Below, piece by piece: positions 1-9,767 of a stretch of 60,135 nucleotides of DNA. A program made the position numbers and the translations under genes. The notes under the pieces were generated by a model. It was not told the DNA's origin, did not search any database, and saw nothing but the letters and a program-made list of their open reading frames with translations. The DNA comes from Verrucomicrobiota bacterium (GTDB lineage: Bacteria > Verrucomicrobiota > Lentisphaeria > Lentisphaerales > Lentisphaeraceae): NCBI GenBank assembly GCA_039798785.1, contig JBDKFG010000027.1:1-60135 (forward strand). Direction: 5' to 3'. The stretch's first letter is position 1; each line of letters starts with the position of its first letter.

Positions 1-234
1 GCGCCTGACGCATGACTCGGGGACAGCGTGACTCGCTATGTCTTCACTGTCAAGGACTTTCACCTTTTACTCCTTGCCGGTTTCTCCGGCGCACTCATGT
101 ATTTGCCTTTCAACCTTCCAACCTTTCAACCCGGTTCCATTCCGCTGCTGCGGAATTTAGGTTAAAGATTAAAATCGACTGTCAACTTCGGAATTCAGGC
201 TGAATCCATCTCCTCGCACAGATCGGCTGCTCCA

Positions 235-1362
235 TCACGAACGGGACAGTCCCGGCGGAGGGGCTCCGCGGCGGCGGAACAGGGTCTGCAAAGCCTGGGC
301 GCCGGAGAGCCCACAGCCCCTGGCGATCCTCTCCAGAGGCCAGTCGCTGCCGCGCAGCAGCTCGCCGGCACGCAGGAAACGCAGCCGCTCGATCTCCTCG
401 CGGATGCCACGCCCAAGATGCTCGGCAAAGCGCCTCTCCAGGCTGCGACGCCCGATCCCAGTCGCGACACAGACGTCTTCCACCCGCAGAGGCTCCGCCA
501 GGCGCTTTCGGATGCAGCGCAGAGCCGCCTGGATGCCGGCGTCGGAATGACTGGCCGGATCGGTGCTGGTGCGCACTTCGACCCCGAGAGGCGGCAGACG
601 CAAGGGAGGCGGAGCCTCGCCTCGATGAAGACGGATGAGCGCATCAGCCGACTCCTCGCCGACGCGTCGCCAGTTCAGGATGATGCTGGAGATGGGAAGG
701 TCGCTGAGCTCGCAGATCGGACTCAGATTGCCGCAGCCCAGCACCTGCACCCGCTCAGGAACCGCCATCCCCGCACGGCTGCAATAACTCAAAACCCGTG
801 CCGCCAGTCGGTCGCTGCAAGCAAAGATGCCAAGCCGATCCCGCCTCGCCTCGTGCAGCCAAGTATGCAGACGGTCCTGAAGATCGCCGTTCCGCTCCTC
901 CAAGGGCACGATCAACTCGGAACATTCAGCACCGAATTCTGCCACCGCCGCACGGAAACCGCGACGGCGCGCCGCCATGCCGCGCCGCCCCTCGTAGCCA
1001 AAATAGAGGAATCGCTCCGGCCTCAGCTCGGCCAGATGCTCTGCCGCCATCCGCCCAACCAGCTCGTCATCCTGCCCCACCATCGCCGTCCGCCGACGCA
1101 TCGGCTGGTCGTCCACCAGGTTGACCACAAGACGCCCTCTCGAACACGCCTGCCGCCATTGCTCCTCCTCCGCAAAAAATCCGAGCAGGGCCTGGCCCTC
1201 CCAGGATGGCAACTGATCCGGAGCCACCAAGGCCTGCAGTGGATCCATCCCCCAGCTCAGACAATCCGAAGCCAAAACCCTCTGCCGAAGCCCGGCCAGC
1301 AAATCCAGATCGGGCTCCATGATCAGCCCCCCCAGACAAGCCCCAAGCTGCAATCGCTTCAT
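235..1362 (-). CDS. XylR-type transcriptional regulator (LacI-like sugar-binding domain + AraC HTH)
   Basis: GIFACSDRLA, VPERVQVLGCGN and PISSI sugar-binding motifs, then an AraC C-terminus (GRRSLERRFAEHLG, LERIARGCG). Start set at ATG 1362 (MKRLQLG) after a G-rich RBS-like tract; the ORF is open to 1422. Confidence 0.88.
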   Translation of the reverse strand: MKRLQLGACLGGLIMEPDLDLLAGLRQRVLASDCLSWGMDPLQALVAPDQLPSWEGQALLGFFAEEEQWRQACSRGRLVVNLVDDQPMRRRTAMVGQDDELVGRMAAEHLAELRPERFLYFGYEGRRGMAARRRGFRAAVAEFGAECSELIVPLEERNGDLQDRLHTWLHEARRDRLGIFACSDRLAARVLSYCSRAGMAVPERVQVLGCGNLSPICELSDLPISSIILNWRRVGEESADALIRLHRGEAPPPLRLPPLGVEVRTSTDPASHSDAGIQAALRCIRKRLAEPLRVEDVCVATGIGRRSLERRFAEHLGRGIREEIERLRFLRAGELLRGSDWPLERIARGCGLSGAQALQTLFRRRGAPPPGLSRS

Positions 1363-1387
1363 CCCACCCCCCCTTAAATCCATCATT

Positions 1388-1418
1388 TTGACGCAAAATA
1401 TAAGAAGATTGACGCAAA
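1388..1418. promoter_or_regulatory. Direct repeat TTGACGCAAA x2, 21-bp period; candidate XylR/AraC operator
   Basis: Identical 10-mers at 1388-1397 and 1409-1418 in the divergent promoter between the regulator and the GH5 operon. Confidence 0.6.
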
Positions 1419-1506
1419 GCAATCAAACTCTCGCAGTATTTTCTTTGCATTGAACCGCTTGCTGAATCGTTACAGTATGATCCATGTCAAGACAAGGAGA
1501 CCGCCG

Positions 1507-2730
1507 ATGAAAGCCGCCCTCATGATTCTTTTGATTCTTCTTGCCTGGCCGGGGGTTCTTGCCGCTCCGGCGGCCGAGAGCGGGCAAGGAGTGGAGCCCT
1601 CAGCTTCGCCGGGCCGCTGGACGCTGGAGCAGATCCAGGAATGGCAGGGCAGGACGGCTTGGCGTCTGGGCGCCAACTTCCTTCCATCGACTGCGATCAA
1701 CCAGGTGGAAATGTGGGATACCAAGACTTTCGACGAGGCGACGATCGGCCGCGAGCTTGACCTTGCTCGGGACACCGGGTTCAACAGTCTCCGGGTCTTT
1801 TTGCATGATTTGAGCTACGCCGAGGATCCCGCCGGCTTTCTGAAGCGGATGGACGCCTTCCTTGCTCTTTGCGAGGCCCGCGGAATCAAGCCGATGTTCG
1901 TCTTCTTCGACGACTGCTGGCTCTGCCCCACCCAGGTCCCAAAGCTCGTCCCCGCATCCCGCCCCGGCACCCACAACTCAGGATGGCTGCAAAGTCCCGG
2001 ATCCGAGCTGGTTCGTCTCTATCCCCGCGACCGCGGCCTGCAGCTGCGCCTGCGCGATTACGTCAAGGCGGTGATCGGTCGCTACGCCGAGGATCCCCGC
2101 GTGCTCGCCTGGGACCTCTACAACGAACCCGGCAACCGCGCCCACAGGCGTTTTGACGAACAGGGCCGGGAGATTCCGGGAGAACGCCGCGAGGAAACGG
2201 CCTTCGATGGCAACTGTGCACTGCTGCTTGATGCCTTCCGCTGGGCTCGGGAAGCCAGACCTAAGCAGCCTCTCACCTCCGGCGTCTGGAGCTGGATGAC
2301 TCCGGAATCCCATCCGGTCGCCCGCATCCAGCTCGAACAAAGCGACTTCATCAGCTTCCACAACTACGCCCCGCTGAAAAGCCTGCAGGCTACCGTGGCG
2401 TCCTTGCGTCAAGTCGCCGCCGGTCGCCCCTTGATGTGCAGCGAGTACATGGCCAGGCCGGTCGGCAGCACCTTCGAGGCCATACTGCCCTACCTCGCAT
2501 CAGAAAACATCTCGGCCTTCAACTGGGGCTTCGTCGACGGCAAAAGCCAGACCCGCTGCAGCTGGGGTTCATGGAAACATCCGGAGCTCGATCCCAGGCT
2601 GTGGTTTCACGACATCTACCGCCGCGACGGCAGCCCCTACCGTCCTGCCGAAGTCGAACTGATCCGCAAGATCGCCGCCGCCAAGCAGGCGGGAAGGCCG
2701 CAGCCAGCTATTAAGGGAGTCCATCCATGA
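1507..2730 (+). CDS. Secreted clan GH-A glycoside hydrolase (GH5-like)
   Basis: Signal peptide; RBS AAGGAGA at 1494-1500; acid/base motif WDLYNEP, ISFHNY, nucleophile CSEYMAR, NWGFVDGK. Confidence 0.88.
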   Translation: MKAALMILLILLAWPGVLAAPAAESGQGVEPSASPGRWTLEQIQEWQGRTAWRLGANFLPSTAINQVEMWDTKTFDEATIGRELDLARDTGFNSLRVFLHDLSYAEDPAGFLKRMDAFLALCEARGIKPMFVFFDDCWLCPTQVPKLVPASRPGTHNSGWLQSPGSELVRLYPRDRGLQLRLRDYVKAVIGRYAEDPRVLAWDLYNEPGNRAHRRFDEQGREIPGERREETAFDGNCALLLDAFRWAREARPKQPLTSGVWSWMTPESHPVARIQLEQSDFISFHNYAPLKSLQATVASLRQVAAGRPLMCSEYMARPVGSTFEAILPYLASENISAFNWGFVDGKSQTRCSWGSWKHPELDPRLWFHDIYRRDGSPYRPAEVELIRKIAAAKQAGRPQPAIKGVHP

Positions 2731-3941
2731 TCAGCCGCCGCCACTTCCTGAAATCCCAGGCCGCCCTCGCCGCTGCCTGGGCCCTGACTCCCCTGCCTCT
2801 CGCCGCCGCCCCCGCCAAAGCCGTGTTCCAGCAGCTCTACGACGCCTTCGCCGCCGAATTGCGCCGCCTCTACCAGGCTTGCGAGGTCGAGATCGACGGC
2901 CGCCACCTGCTCCGCCCCTGCGACAACCCCGCCTACAAAGGCCTCTGGCACGACGACTTCACCTGGCCGCACGTCGGCCTGCCCGAGCTGATGCGCAAGC
3001 GACAAGTGCCCGACGCCCTCGCCTGGCTCGGCGACGCCATGCTGCAGCTCCCCGTCCTCGCCGACCGGGTCGAGTACGACGGCACCGCGGTGCTCAGCCC
3101 TGGCGGCGCCTCGGCCAAGGCGATGAGCGAAGACATGCCGCTGCACCTGCCCGCCGCCTGGACCCGCCTCCTCAGCCACGCCGAGGCCGCCGGCCACGCC
3201 ATCCCCCGCAAGGCCGAATGGGCCGCCCTGGTCGAGCGCAGCTTCGCCCAGGTACCGCACTCCTTCGGCCTGGTGTGGAGCAATCCCCAGAAGCGCAACG
3301 TCGCCTTCGGCTTCCAGGACAGCATCCGCCTCACCGGCCTGGTCCTCCTCACCAGCCTGGTGCTCAAGCGCGGCTACGAACGCGCCGCCAGCCTCTTCGC
3401 CGCCGAGCTGCCCGCCGCCACCCTCAAGGCCTGGCGGGAACGCGCCGCCGCGATCGACAAGAACCTGCCGCGCCTCTTCGACGCCAAGGCCGGCGGCTTC
3501 CTCGGCGCCAGCGTCGCCGGCCGCAGCTTCGACGTCTGGGGCAACGGCCTCGCCTGGCCCCTCGCCTCGGCGGAGCAGAAGCAGGTCATCGCCGCGACGA
3601 TGAAGGCGAATCAGGACAAGATCTTCCTCAAGGGCTGCACCCGCCAGATCATCGGCCCCGGCGGCTGGCCCGGCACCCCCGGCGCCCTCGCCTACCAGAA
3701 TGGCGGCTACTGGGGCACCGGCACCGGCTTCGTCCTGCCGATGATCGCCGACATCGACCCCGCCTGGGCCCTCGCCCTCGGCCGCGAACTCCTCGCCAAT
3801 CTCGCTAACACCCGCCGCGCCGAATGGCTCGACCAGAAGGGCCAGGGCCAGGGCGCCCTCGAATTCCTCGGCACCCTCTCCATGCCTCTCATCGGCCTGC
3901 GCGCTATCCTCGAGGATAAGCCGGTCCTCGAATATCTGTGA
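2727..3941 (+). CDS. Tat-exported (alpha/alpha)6 six-hairpin glycoside hydrolase-like protein
   Basis: SRRHFLK Tat motif; YKGLWHDDF and YQNGGYW motifs typical of six-hairpin GHs; ATGA overlap with the upstream gene. Confidence 0.65.
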   Translation: MISRRHFLKSQAALAAAWALTPLPLAAAPAKAVFQQLYDAFAAELRRLYQACEVEIDGRHLLRPCDNPAYKGLWHDDFTWPHVGLPELMRKRQVPDALAWLGDAMLQLPVLADRVEYDGTAVLSPGGASAKAMSEDMPLHLPAAWTRLLSHAEAAGHAIPRKAEWAALVERSFAQVPHSFGLVWSNPQKRNVAFGFQDSIRLTGLVLLTSLVLKRGYERAASLFAAELPAATLKAWRERAAAIDKNLPRLFDAKAGGFLGASVAGRSFDVWGNGLAWPLASAEQKQVIAATMKANQDKIFLKGCTRQIIGPGGWPGTPGALAYQNGGYWGTGTGFVLPMIADIDPAWALALGRELLANLANTRRAEWLDQKGQGQGALEFLGTLSMPLIGLRAILEDKPVLEYL

Positions 3942-3973
3942 GTCCTACTATTCAAAACACTCAAGGAGCCTCC

Positions 3974-4790
3974 ATGAATACAAAAATCAGGAACACGAGA
4001 TTCACCTTGATCGAACTTCTTTTTGTTATAGCCATAATTCTCGTTCTTTTATCTATGTTAATGCCAGCATTTAGACAATTAAAAGAGAAAGCGAAGGACG
4101 CACTCTGTGTGAGTAATACGAAACAATTTGGAATAGCTACAAATCAAGCTGCGTTGCAAGGAAAATTCGATAATAATTCCTGGGGTAAAGGATCGATGCC
4201 GTGGGGTGTCCCTAATACTGGATACACAATGGTATCAGGAGTTCAGCGTGGAAATGGAGCCAGAAATCGTGGTAACGAACTTTTGTTTGATCCATGGACA
4301 GCCCCATTTGGTTTTGTTGGTATAGGAAGCCTGAGACTGGTTAGGAATAATTGATAAAGTTGCTAATCCAACAGTTTTTTCCGATGTCAACAAGGGAGTA
4401 GAAAACAAAGTTCTATTTTGTCCCAGCGCTACAGTTTTAACATATTCTGGAAAATGGGGAGTTATGAATATGGGGAAGGATCCAAGTATCACATGGACAT
4501 CAACATCTTACATATACAACAGCAATTTCGACTCAAGACCAGGATCATATTGGGGTCGACAAGTAAAAGTTCAAGATCCATCCGGAACTCCATTGATCGC
4601 GGACCAATGCCTGAGATTTGATAATGATACATACATTGTGCCGAGCCACAGAAGTGGGTATGTTATCCATTATATCGACGGATCATCAATCCTGAAGAAA
4701 ATGGATACAATTTCGCTTCAAAGAGTAATAAAATGGACTGATTCTGATGCATTATATAACAATGCCTGGAATAGGGAATTTAAAAGATGA
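3974..4790 (+). pseudogene. Prepilin-type N-terminal / H-X9-DG domain protein, split by a +1 frameshift near 4334
   Basis: RBS AAGGAG 3963-3968; [24 protein letters not shown]. Frame 2 stops at 4354, but frame 3 is open from 4335 (DWLGII...VLFCPS...HRSGYVIHYIDG) to TGA 4790. Removing one base gives a 271-aa ORF. Could be a sequencing error. Confidence 0.8.
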
Positions 4791-5467
4791 TACTGGCAAT
4801 TTTAATGACTTTAGCCATCGCTGCAATACTTATACGAGCGGGGAATAAAAACAAGCCAATGTCCCTGATGCTTAAGCCGGCTGCTGGAGTTATGTGTATT
4901 GTGGTTATCTCTCTTTCAGTAATCAATATGCTCCATGATGACACAATCGAAAGTTCTTGCAACAGTGCAAGAATTGAAGAATTCAGAAGACAATCAAAGT
5001 GTGTATTTACAGATAAAGAACTTATTAAAAAAACAAATATTGTATTTCTATTTTCCGACTCTGAATCAGAAGATTCAATGAATAAAATTATTAAAAATTT
5101 TATTAATGATTCTAATTCAGAAAGTAAAAATATTAAATCAATAAAGACGCCAATTATTAATCTTAAGCCAGATGGACAAAGATTCTTAAATGAGATAAAT
5201 CAAATTAAGACACATGACTCGCTGATTATATCATATATTGGATATCCAGACATAAATATCCATAGTCAAACTACCGAATACCTAATTAAGGCTAACTCAA
5301 AATACCTCGTTGTCAACTCACTAACAAATGAAATCGACACATCGCTAGTTAAATCTGGATTGTTCTATTTCTGCATAGACAATTACGAAGGAGATTTTAT
5401 TTTACTTAATAATGAAAATATTGAATATTTAACAGAAAAATGGCCAATACGATTCACTCATAATTAA
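4787..5467 (+). CDS. Membrane-anchored partner of the prepilin-like protein (hypothetical)
   Basis: ATGA overlap with the pilin gene stop; two N-terminal hydrophobic segments; LIISYIGYP motif; resembles 24080..24727. Confidence 0.75.
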   Translation: MILAILMTLAIAAILIRAGNKNKPMSLMLKPAAGVMCIVVISLSVINMLHDDTIESSCNSARIEEFRRQSKCVFTDKELIKKTNIVFLFSDSESEDSMNKIIKNFINDSNSESKNIKSIKTPIINLKPDGQRFLNEINQIKTHDSLIISYIGYPDINIHSQTTEYLIKANSKYLVVNSLTNEIDTSLVKSGLFYFCIDNYEGDFILLNNENIEYLTEKWPIRFTHN

Positions 5468-5545
5468 GATTACTGAGGAAATACGAGGATATGCACATTG
5501 TTTTAAACCCACTGTCTCCCGGGATTAAAAAAGGAGGATCCCCCC

Positions 5546-5902
5546 ATGAACAGACTTACCCTGGCCCTCGCCTACTTGCTCCTCGCCTCCTGCGGCAGCC
5601 TCGCACCTGTCGAGCGCGACTACGCCAACTACGTCTGCTCCCTCTGGGGCAAACAGGAGAAGCCTTTCGGGTGCGACGTCATCAATTCCTACAACGACGG
5701 CAAAGCCGTTGCCGGTAAAGGCCAGCTCGGCCCCTTCTACGAGCTGGAAAGCTCCAGCCCGGCTCTCGCCCTCGCGCCGAGGCAGCCGCAAACTCACCGG
5801 CAGACCACCCTCCACCTTAGCGGCGAGTGCGCCGGACTCGACGCCGTCGCCCGCAGAATCCTCGGCGTCTCCCTCGACGAAATCGGCGCCGCCTTGCCTT
5901 GA
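5546..5902 (+). pseudogene. Internally deleted duplicate of the DUF6786-like lipoprotein gene (9768..11000)
   Basis: Near-identical to both ends of 9768..11000 with an in-frame 873-bp deletion; keeps RBS AAGGAGG and lipobox LASC. Confidence 0.85.
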
Positions 5903-5957
5903 AGCTCAGGGGATCCACTCCCCGCAGCCGCTTCATCACTCGAAGCTGAAAAACCCG

Positions 5958-5987
5958 TTTTGACGTAAAAACGAATCACGATGACGC
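5958..5987. promoter_or_regulatory. Second candidate operator TGACGT-N15-TGACGC upstream of the fucosidase
   Basis: TTTTGACGTAAAA (5958-5970) matches TTTTGACGCAAAA (1386-1398) at 12/13 positions; second TGACGC at 5982, 21 bp after 5961. Confidence 0.5.
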
Positions 5988-6066
5988 GACTCCTCCGGTT
6001 TCATCCGTGTCAGACGCCGCATCAGGAATGTCGTCCCACCTCCCACTCAAGCCCTGAGGCCCTCCC

Positions 6067-7566
6067 ATGAAAACCATCATCGCCAGCACCGCCCTGCTTC
6101 TCGCCGCCCAACTCGCCGCCGCCCCCCAGCCCTGGGAGATGCCGGATTCCGCGCCGGCCGCCACCCCCCGCCAGGAGATCCACCCCCTCCTGCGCCTCGC
6201 CGGACCCTACACCCCGGATGACCAATCCCTCGCCAAGCACCGCACCCCAGCCTGGTTCACCGAGGCCAAGGTGGGCTTGAGCATGCACTGGGGCGTCTAC
6301 GCCGTCCCCGGCTGGGCCCCGCGCGGCGTCGGCATCGGCGACAGCTACGCCGAATGGTACGGCAACAAGCTCAAGACCAACAAGCATTACCAGGACTATC
6401 ACGCCAAGACCTGGGGCAAGGACTTCCGCTACGATGACTTCATCCCCCTCTTCAAGGCCGAGCATTTCGATGCCGACGCCTGGATGAAGACCCTCAAGGA
6501 CGCCGGCGTCAAATACTACTTCATCACCGCCAAGCACCACGATGGCTTCTGCCTCTGGGACAGCGCCCTCACCGGCCGCAACGCCATGAAGATGGGGCCG
6601 AAGCGCGACCTTCTCGGCGAACTTGCCGCCGCCGCCCGCCGCCACGGGCTCAAGTTCGGCTTCTACTATTCGCTCTACGAGTGGGACAACCCCCTCTACC
6701 TCCGCGAGCACGCCCCGCGCAAAAGCGCCGAGGCCGAGGCCGCCATCGCCGCCGGCGCCTACACCGGCCTCATCCCCAAGAAGAGCTATGTCGACGACTT
6801 CATGATCCCGCAGCTCGTCGAACTGGTCAGCAAATACCAGCCCGACCTGCTCTACTTCGACGGCGAATGGGACCACCCCGAACCCTTCTGGCGGATGCGC
6901 CAGTTCGCCGCCTGGTACTACAACCAGGCCGCCGCCCGCGGCCAGGAGGTCCTCCTCAACGACCGCTTCGGCAAAGGCCTGCGCGGCAAGGCCGGCGACC
7001 TCTCCCACGTCGAATACGGCTGGGGCGTCGAAGCCAAGGGCGGCCAGCGCGTCTGGGCCGAATGGCGCGGCCTCGCCCACAGCTTCGGCTACAACCGCAA
7101 CGAAGCCCCGGAAGCCTACCTCCAGCCCGCCGCCGCCATCCGCATGATGGTCGACGCGGTCAGCGACAACGGCAACATCGAATTCAACGTCGGCCCGCGC
7201 TCCGACGGCAGCATCCCCGAGGCCGACCTCGCCCTGATCCAATCCATGGGCGCCTGGCTCAAGGTCAACGGCGAGGCGATCTACGGCGCCAGCCGCAGCC
7301 CGCTCGCCAAGCCGGCCTGGGGACGCCTCACCGCCCGCCCGGACAAGAATCGCCTCTATCTCCATGTCTACCAATGGCCCGCCGACGGTCGCATCGTCCT
7401 CTCCGGCCTGCCCGCCGACACCCGCGTCGCCAAGGCCAGCCTCCTCGCCGAGCCCCCCCGCCAGATCACCGCCTCCCGCCTCGCCGACGGCTCCCTCCTC
7501 GTCCAGCTCAGCGGCCAGGCGCCCGATGCCGCCGCCAGCGTCGTCGCCCTCGAATTCCAACCCTGA
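6067..7566 (+). CDS. Alpha-L-fucosidase (GH29)
   Basis: WFTEAKVGLSMHWGVYAVP, YAEWY, TAKHHDGFCLW, YFDGEW nucleophile, NVGPRSDG, WLKVNGEAIYG; signal peptide. Confidence 0.95.
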   Translation: MKTIIASTALLLAAQLAAAPQPWEMPDSAPAATPRQEIHPLLRLAGPYTPDDQSLAKHRTPAWFTEAKVGLSMHWGVYAVPGWAPRGVGIGDSYAEWYGNKLKTNKHYQDYHAKTWGKDFRYDDFIPLFKAEHFDADAWMKTLKDAGVKYYFITAKHHDGFCLWDSALTGRNAMKMGPKRDLLGELAAAARRHGLKFGFYYSLYEWDNPLYLREHAPRKSAEAEAAIAAGAYTGLIPKKSYVDDFMIPQLVELVSKYQPDLLYFDGEWDHPEPFWRMRQFAAWYYNQAAARGQEVLLNDRFGKGLRGKAGDLSHVEYGWGVEAKGGQRVWAEWRGLAHSFGYNRNEAPEAYLQPAAAIRMMVDAVSDNGNIEFNVGPRSDGSIPEADLALIQSMGAWLKVNGEAIYGASRSPLAKPAWGRLTARPDKNRLYLHVYQWPADGRIVLSGLPADTRVAKASLLAEPPRQITASRLADGSLLVQLSGQAPDAAASVVALEFQP

Positions 7567-7577
7567 GTCACACCCCC

Positions 7578-9191
7578 ATGAAAAGCCTCTCCTCCCTCCT
7601 CGCCCTGCTGCTCGCCGCCGGCTGCGCCGCCGCAACCGCGCCCCAGGCCCAGGAGATCACCCTCGAATCCCTCCTCGCCGAGATGGGCGACGCCGAGCGC
7701 CTCGCCCGCCTCGACGCCATCCCCTACCGCTCGGCCCAGGCGAGCAGCCGCGACCAACGCTCCGCCGCCCCCGGCCGCCCGGGCTGGTTCGCCAACGCCG
7801 ACTGGAGCTGGTTCCTCCGCGAGGAGATCGTCGCCGGCCGCCGCGAACAGGTGATGATGGAGGACCAAGGCCCCGGCTGCGTCGTCCACTTCTGGAACAC
7901 CTGGTTCGCCCCGATGGACGGCAAGCTCAACCACTCGACCAACGGCATCATCCGCGTCTACCTCGACGGCGCCGCCGAACCGGTGATCTGCGCCACCCAG
8001 AAGGAGCTCTTCGTCGACAAGATCCTCGCCGCCCCGCCCTTCACCGAGACGGCCCAGCCGGACGCCCCCGCCGCCAACCAGTCCTACAACCTCTTCCTCC
8101 CCATCCCCTACGCCAAGAGCTGCAAGATCACCTACGAGTCGCGCGGCAAGCTCAGCACCGTCTGGAACCAGGGCGAGGCCTGCTACTACAACATCGACTA
8201 CCGCCGCTACCCCGCCGGCACGCCGGTCAAGAGCTTCAGCCGCGCCGATCTCGCCGCCGCCGCCCCCGCCCTGCAGGCCGCCGCCGCCCGCCTCGCCCCG
8301 GAAGCCGCCGCCATCCCCGTGCGCTCCGAGAGCCTCGCCCCCGGCGCCGCAGCGGAGCTGAGCTTCGCCGGACCCGGCGCCCTGCGCGGCATCCGCCTCG
8401 CCCTCCCCCCGCTCGCCGGCGAAGAGCTCGCCAGCGCCCTCCGCAGCCTCGAGGTCCAGCTCGACTTCGACGGCATCCCCTGCGCCCGCGTCCCCGCCGC
8501 CCAGTTCTTCGCCGCCGGCGAACGCCTCGTCCCCGGTCACACCCGGATGAACTCCTGCGACGGCCGCTCGCTTTCCTGCCACTGGACCATGCCCTTCGCC
8601 CGCGACGCCCGCCTCCGCATCGTCAACACCGGCGCCGCCCCCCTCGAGATCGGCCTCGGCGCCCGCCGCGGCGACTGGCATTGGGATGAACGCTCGATGC
8701 ACTTCCACGCCGCCAGCACCCCCGCCCTCGGCCTTGAAATCGGCGCCGCCGAGGGAGGCGCCCGCGAGCTTCCCTTCGCCCGCGTCGCAGGCCGCGGCCG
8801 CCTCGTCGGCGACTGCCTCGCCATCGTCAACGCCCCGCACCAGAAACAAGGCGACAGCTGGTGGGGCGAAGGCGACGAGAAGATCTGGGTCGACGGCGAG
8901 GCCTTCCCTTCCCACTTCGGCACCGGCACCGAGGACTATTACGGCTACGGCCACTGCCGCCCGGAACGCTTCTTCTCGCCCTTCCACTCGCAGCCCTACG
9001 GCGACGGCAACATGTGGCCCGGCGCCAGCCGCGCCTCGCAGTCCAGCCTCAACAGCCGCATCCGCCTCCTCGACGACATCCCCTTCCAGCGCAGCCTCCA
9101 CTTCGACATGGAGCTGTGGCACTGGAAACGCGCCCGCGTCGACTTCACCCCCTGCTGCTATTTCTACCTGCGGCCGGCCCAGATCATGTAA
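7578..9191 (+). CDS. DUF2961 / GH172-like glycoside hydrolase lipoprotein
   Basis: Lipobox LAAGC; GPGCVVHFW, WWGEGDEKIWVDGE, GTGTEDYYG motifs. True start is ATG 7578, not 6681. Confidence 0.88.
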   Translation: MKSLSSLLALLLAAGCAAATAPQAQEITLESLLAEMGDAERLARLDAIPYRSAQASSRDQRSAAPGRPGWFANADWSWFLREEIVAGRREQVMMEDQGPGCVVHFWNTWFAPMDGKLNHSTNGIIRVYLDGAAEPVICATQKELFVDKILAAPPFTETAQPDAPAANQSYNLFLPIPYAKSCKITYESRGKLSTVWNQGEACYYNIDYRRYPAGTPVKSFSRADLAAAAPALQAAAARLAPEAAAIPVRSESLAPGAAAELSFAGPGALRGIRLALPPLAGEELASALRSLEVQLDFDGIPCARVPAAQFFAAGERLVPGHTRMNSCDGRSLSCHWTMPFARDARLRIVNTGAAPLEIGLGARRGDWHWDERSMHFHAASTPALGLEIGAAEGGARELPFARVAGRGRLVGDCLAIVNAPHQKQGDSWWGEGDEKIWVDGEAFPSHFGTGTEDYYGYGHCRPERFFSPFHSQPYGDGNMWPGASRASQSSLNSRIRLLDDIPFQRSLHFDMELWHWKRARVDFTPCCYFYLRPAQIM

Positions 9192-9274
9192 CCAGAGGCC
9201 CGCAGCGCGACAGCTTTGAACAAGCCACACCGCGCCTTCCGGCCGGAGGATCAACAGCAAATCCAGGATTCACC

Positions 9275-9727
9275 ATGCGCCGCATTCTCCCCTCCCTCAT
9301 CTCCCTCGGTATCGCCAGCTGCGGCAGCCCGTCCAAGACAAGTCCCGAAAATGCGCCTGACCCAGAACGCATCCACCCCAAGGTCTTCGAAATGGTCAAA
9401 AGCTGGATTTCCGACCCCTCGAGCCCGGTGGTCACCGAGATCAATCTCGATGCCGTCGCCGCCAACCGCAACCAGTTCGATCCCGATGATGTCCGACGCG
9501 AGGGACCCTGGCACCGCTGGAAGTCGGAGAACGGCGGTGAAGTCAAATTCCGCCTCATGAAACGCGACGGCGATATCTTCACCGCTCTATGCCACTTCAA
9601 CGGCGGCGGCACCTTGACCGAAGCCCTTCAGATCCGCTTCGCATTGGCCAGCCGCGACATCGAGACGGATGACGGCCTCCGTCTCCACCGCATCCTGCGC
9701 GTCCTGTCTATCCACAGCGTCCGCTGA
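9275..9727 (+). CDS. Hypothetical lipoprotein (150 aa)
   Basis: MRRILPSLISLGIASC lipobox; co-oriented within the operon. Confidence 0.7.
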   Translation: MRRILPSLISLGIASCGSPSKTSPENAPDPERIHPKVFEMVKSWISDPSSPVVTEINLDAVAANRNQFDPDDVRREGPWHRWKSENGGEVKFRLMKRDGDIFTALCHFNGGGTLTEALQIRFALASRDIETDDGLRLHRILRVLSIHSVR

Positions 9728-9767
9728 AACCTGAAATCCCCCATCCCGGAAAACCAAAGGATCGCCT

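Larger units (their letters stand above)
3942..5530. other. AT-rich cassette (prepilin-like gene + partner) in a GC-rich context
   Basis: Abrupt switch to A/T-rich sequence at about 3930-3945 and back at about 5540 (judged by eye). Confidence 0.85.

Noticed and set aside
1..13. Possible minus-strand gene start (CAT at 11-13)
   Set aside because: Only four codons visible; cannot be supported
108..131. Octamer tandem TT(T/C)CAACC x3
   Set aside because: Too short, no spacers and no cas genes; not a CRISPR array, function unsupported
6681..7577. Apparent 836-aa ORF overlapping the fucosidase (N-terminal extension of DUF2961)
   Set aside because: Arg/Pro-rich off-frame read-through; the real start is ATG 7578 with a lipoprotein signal
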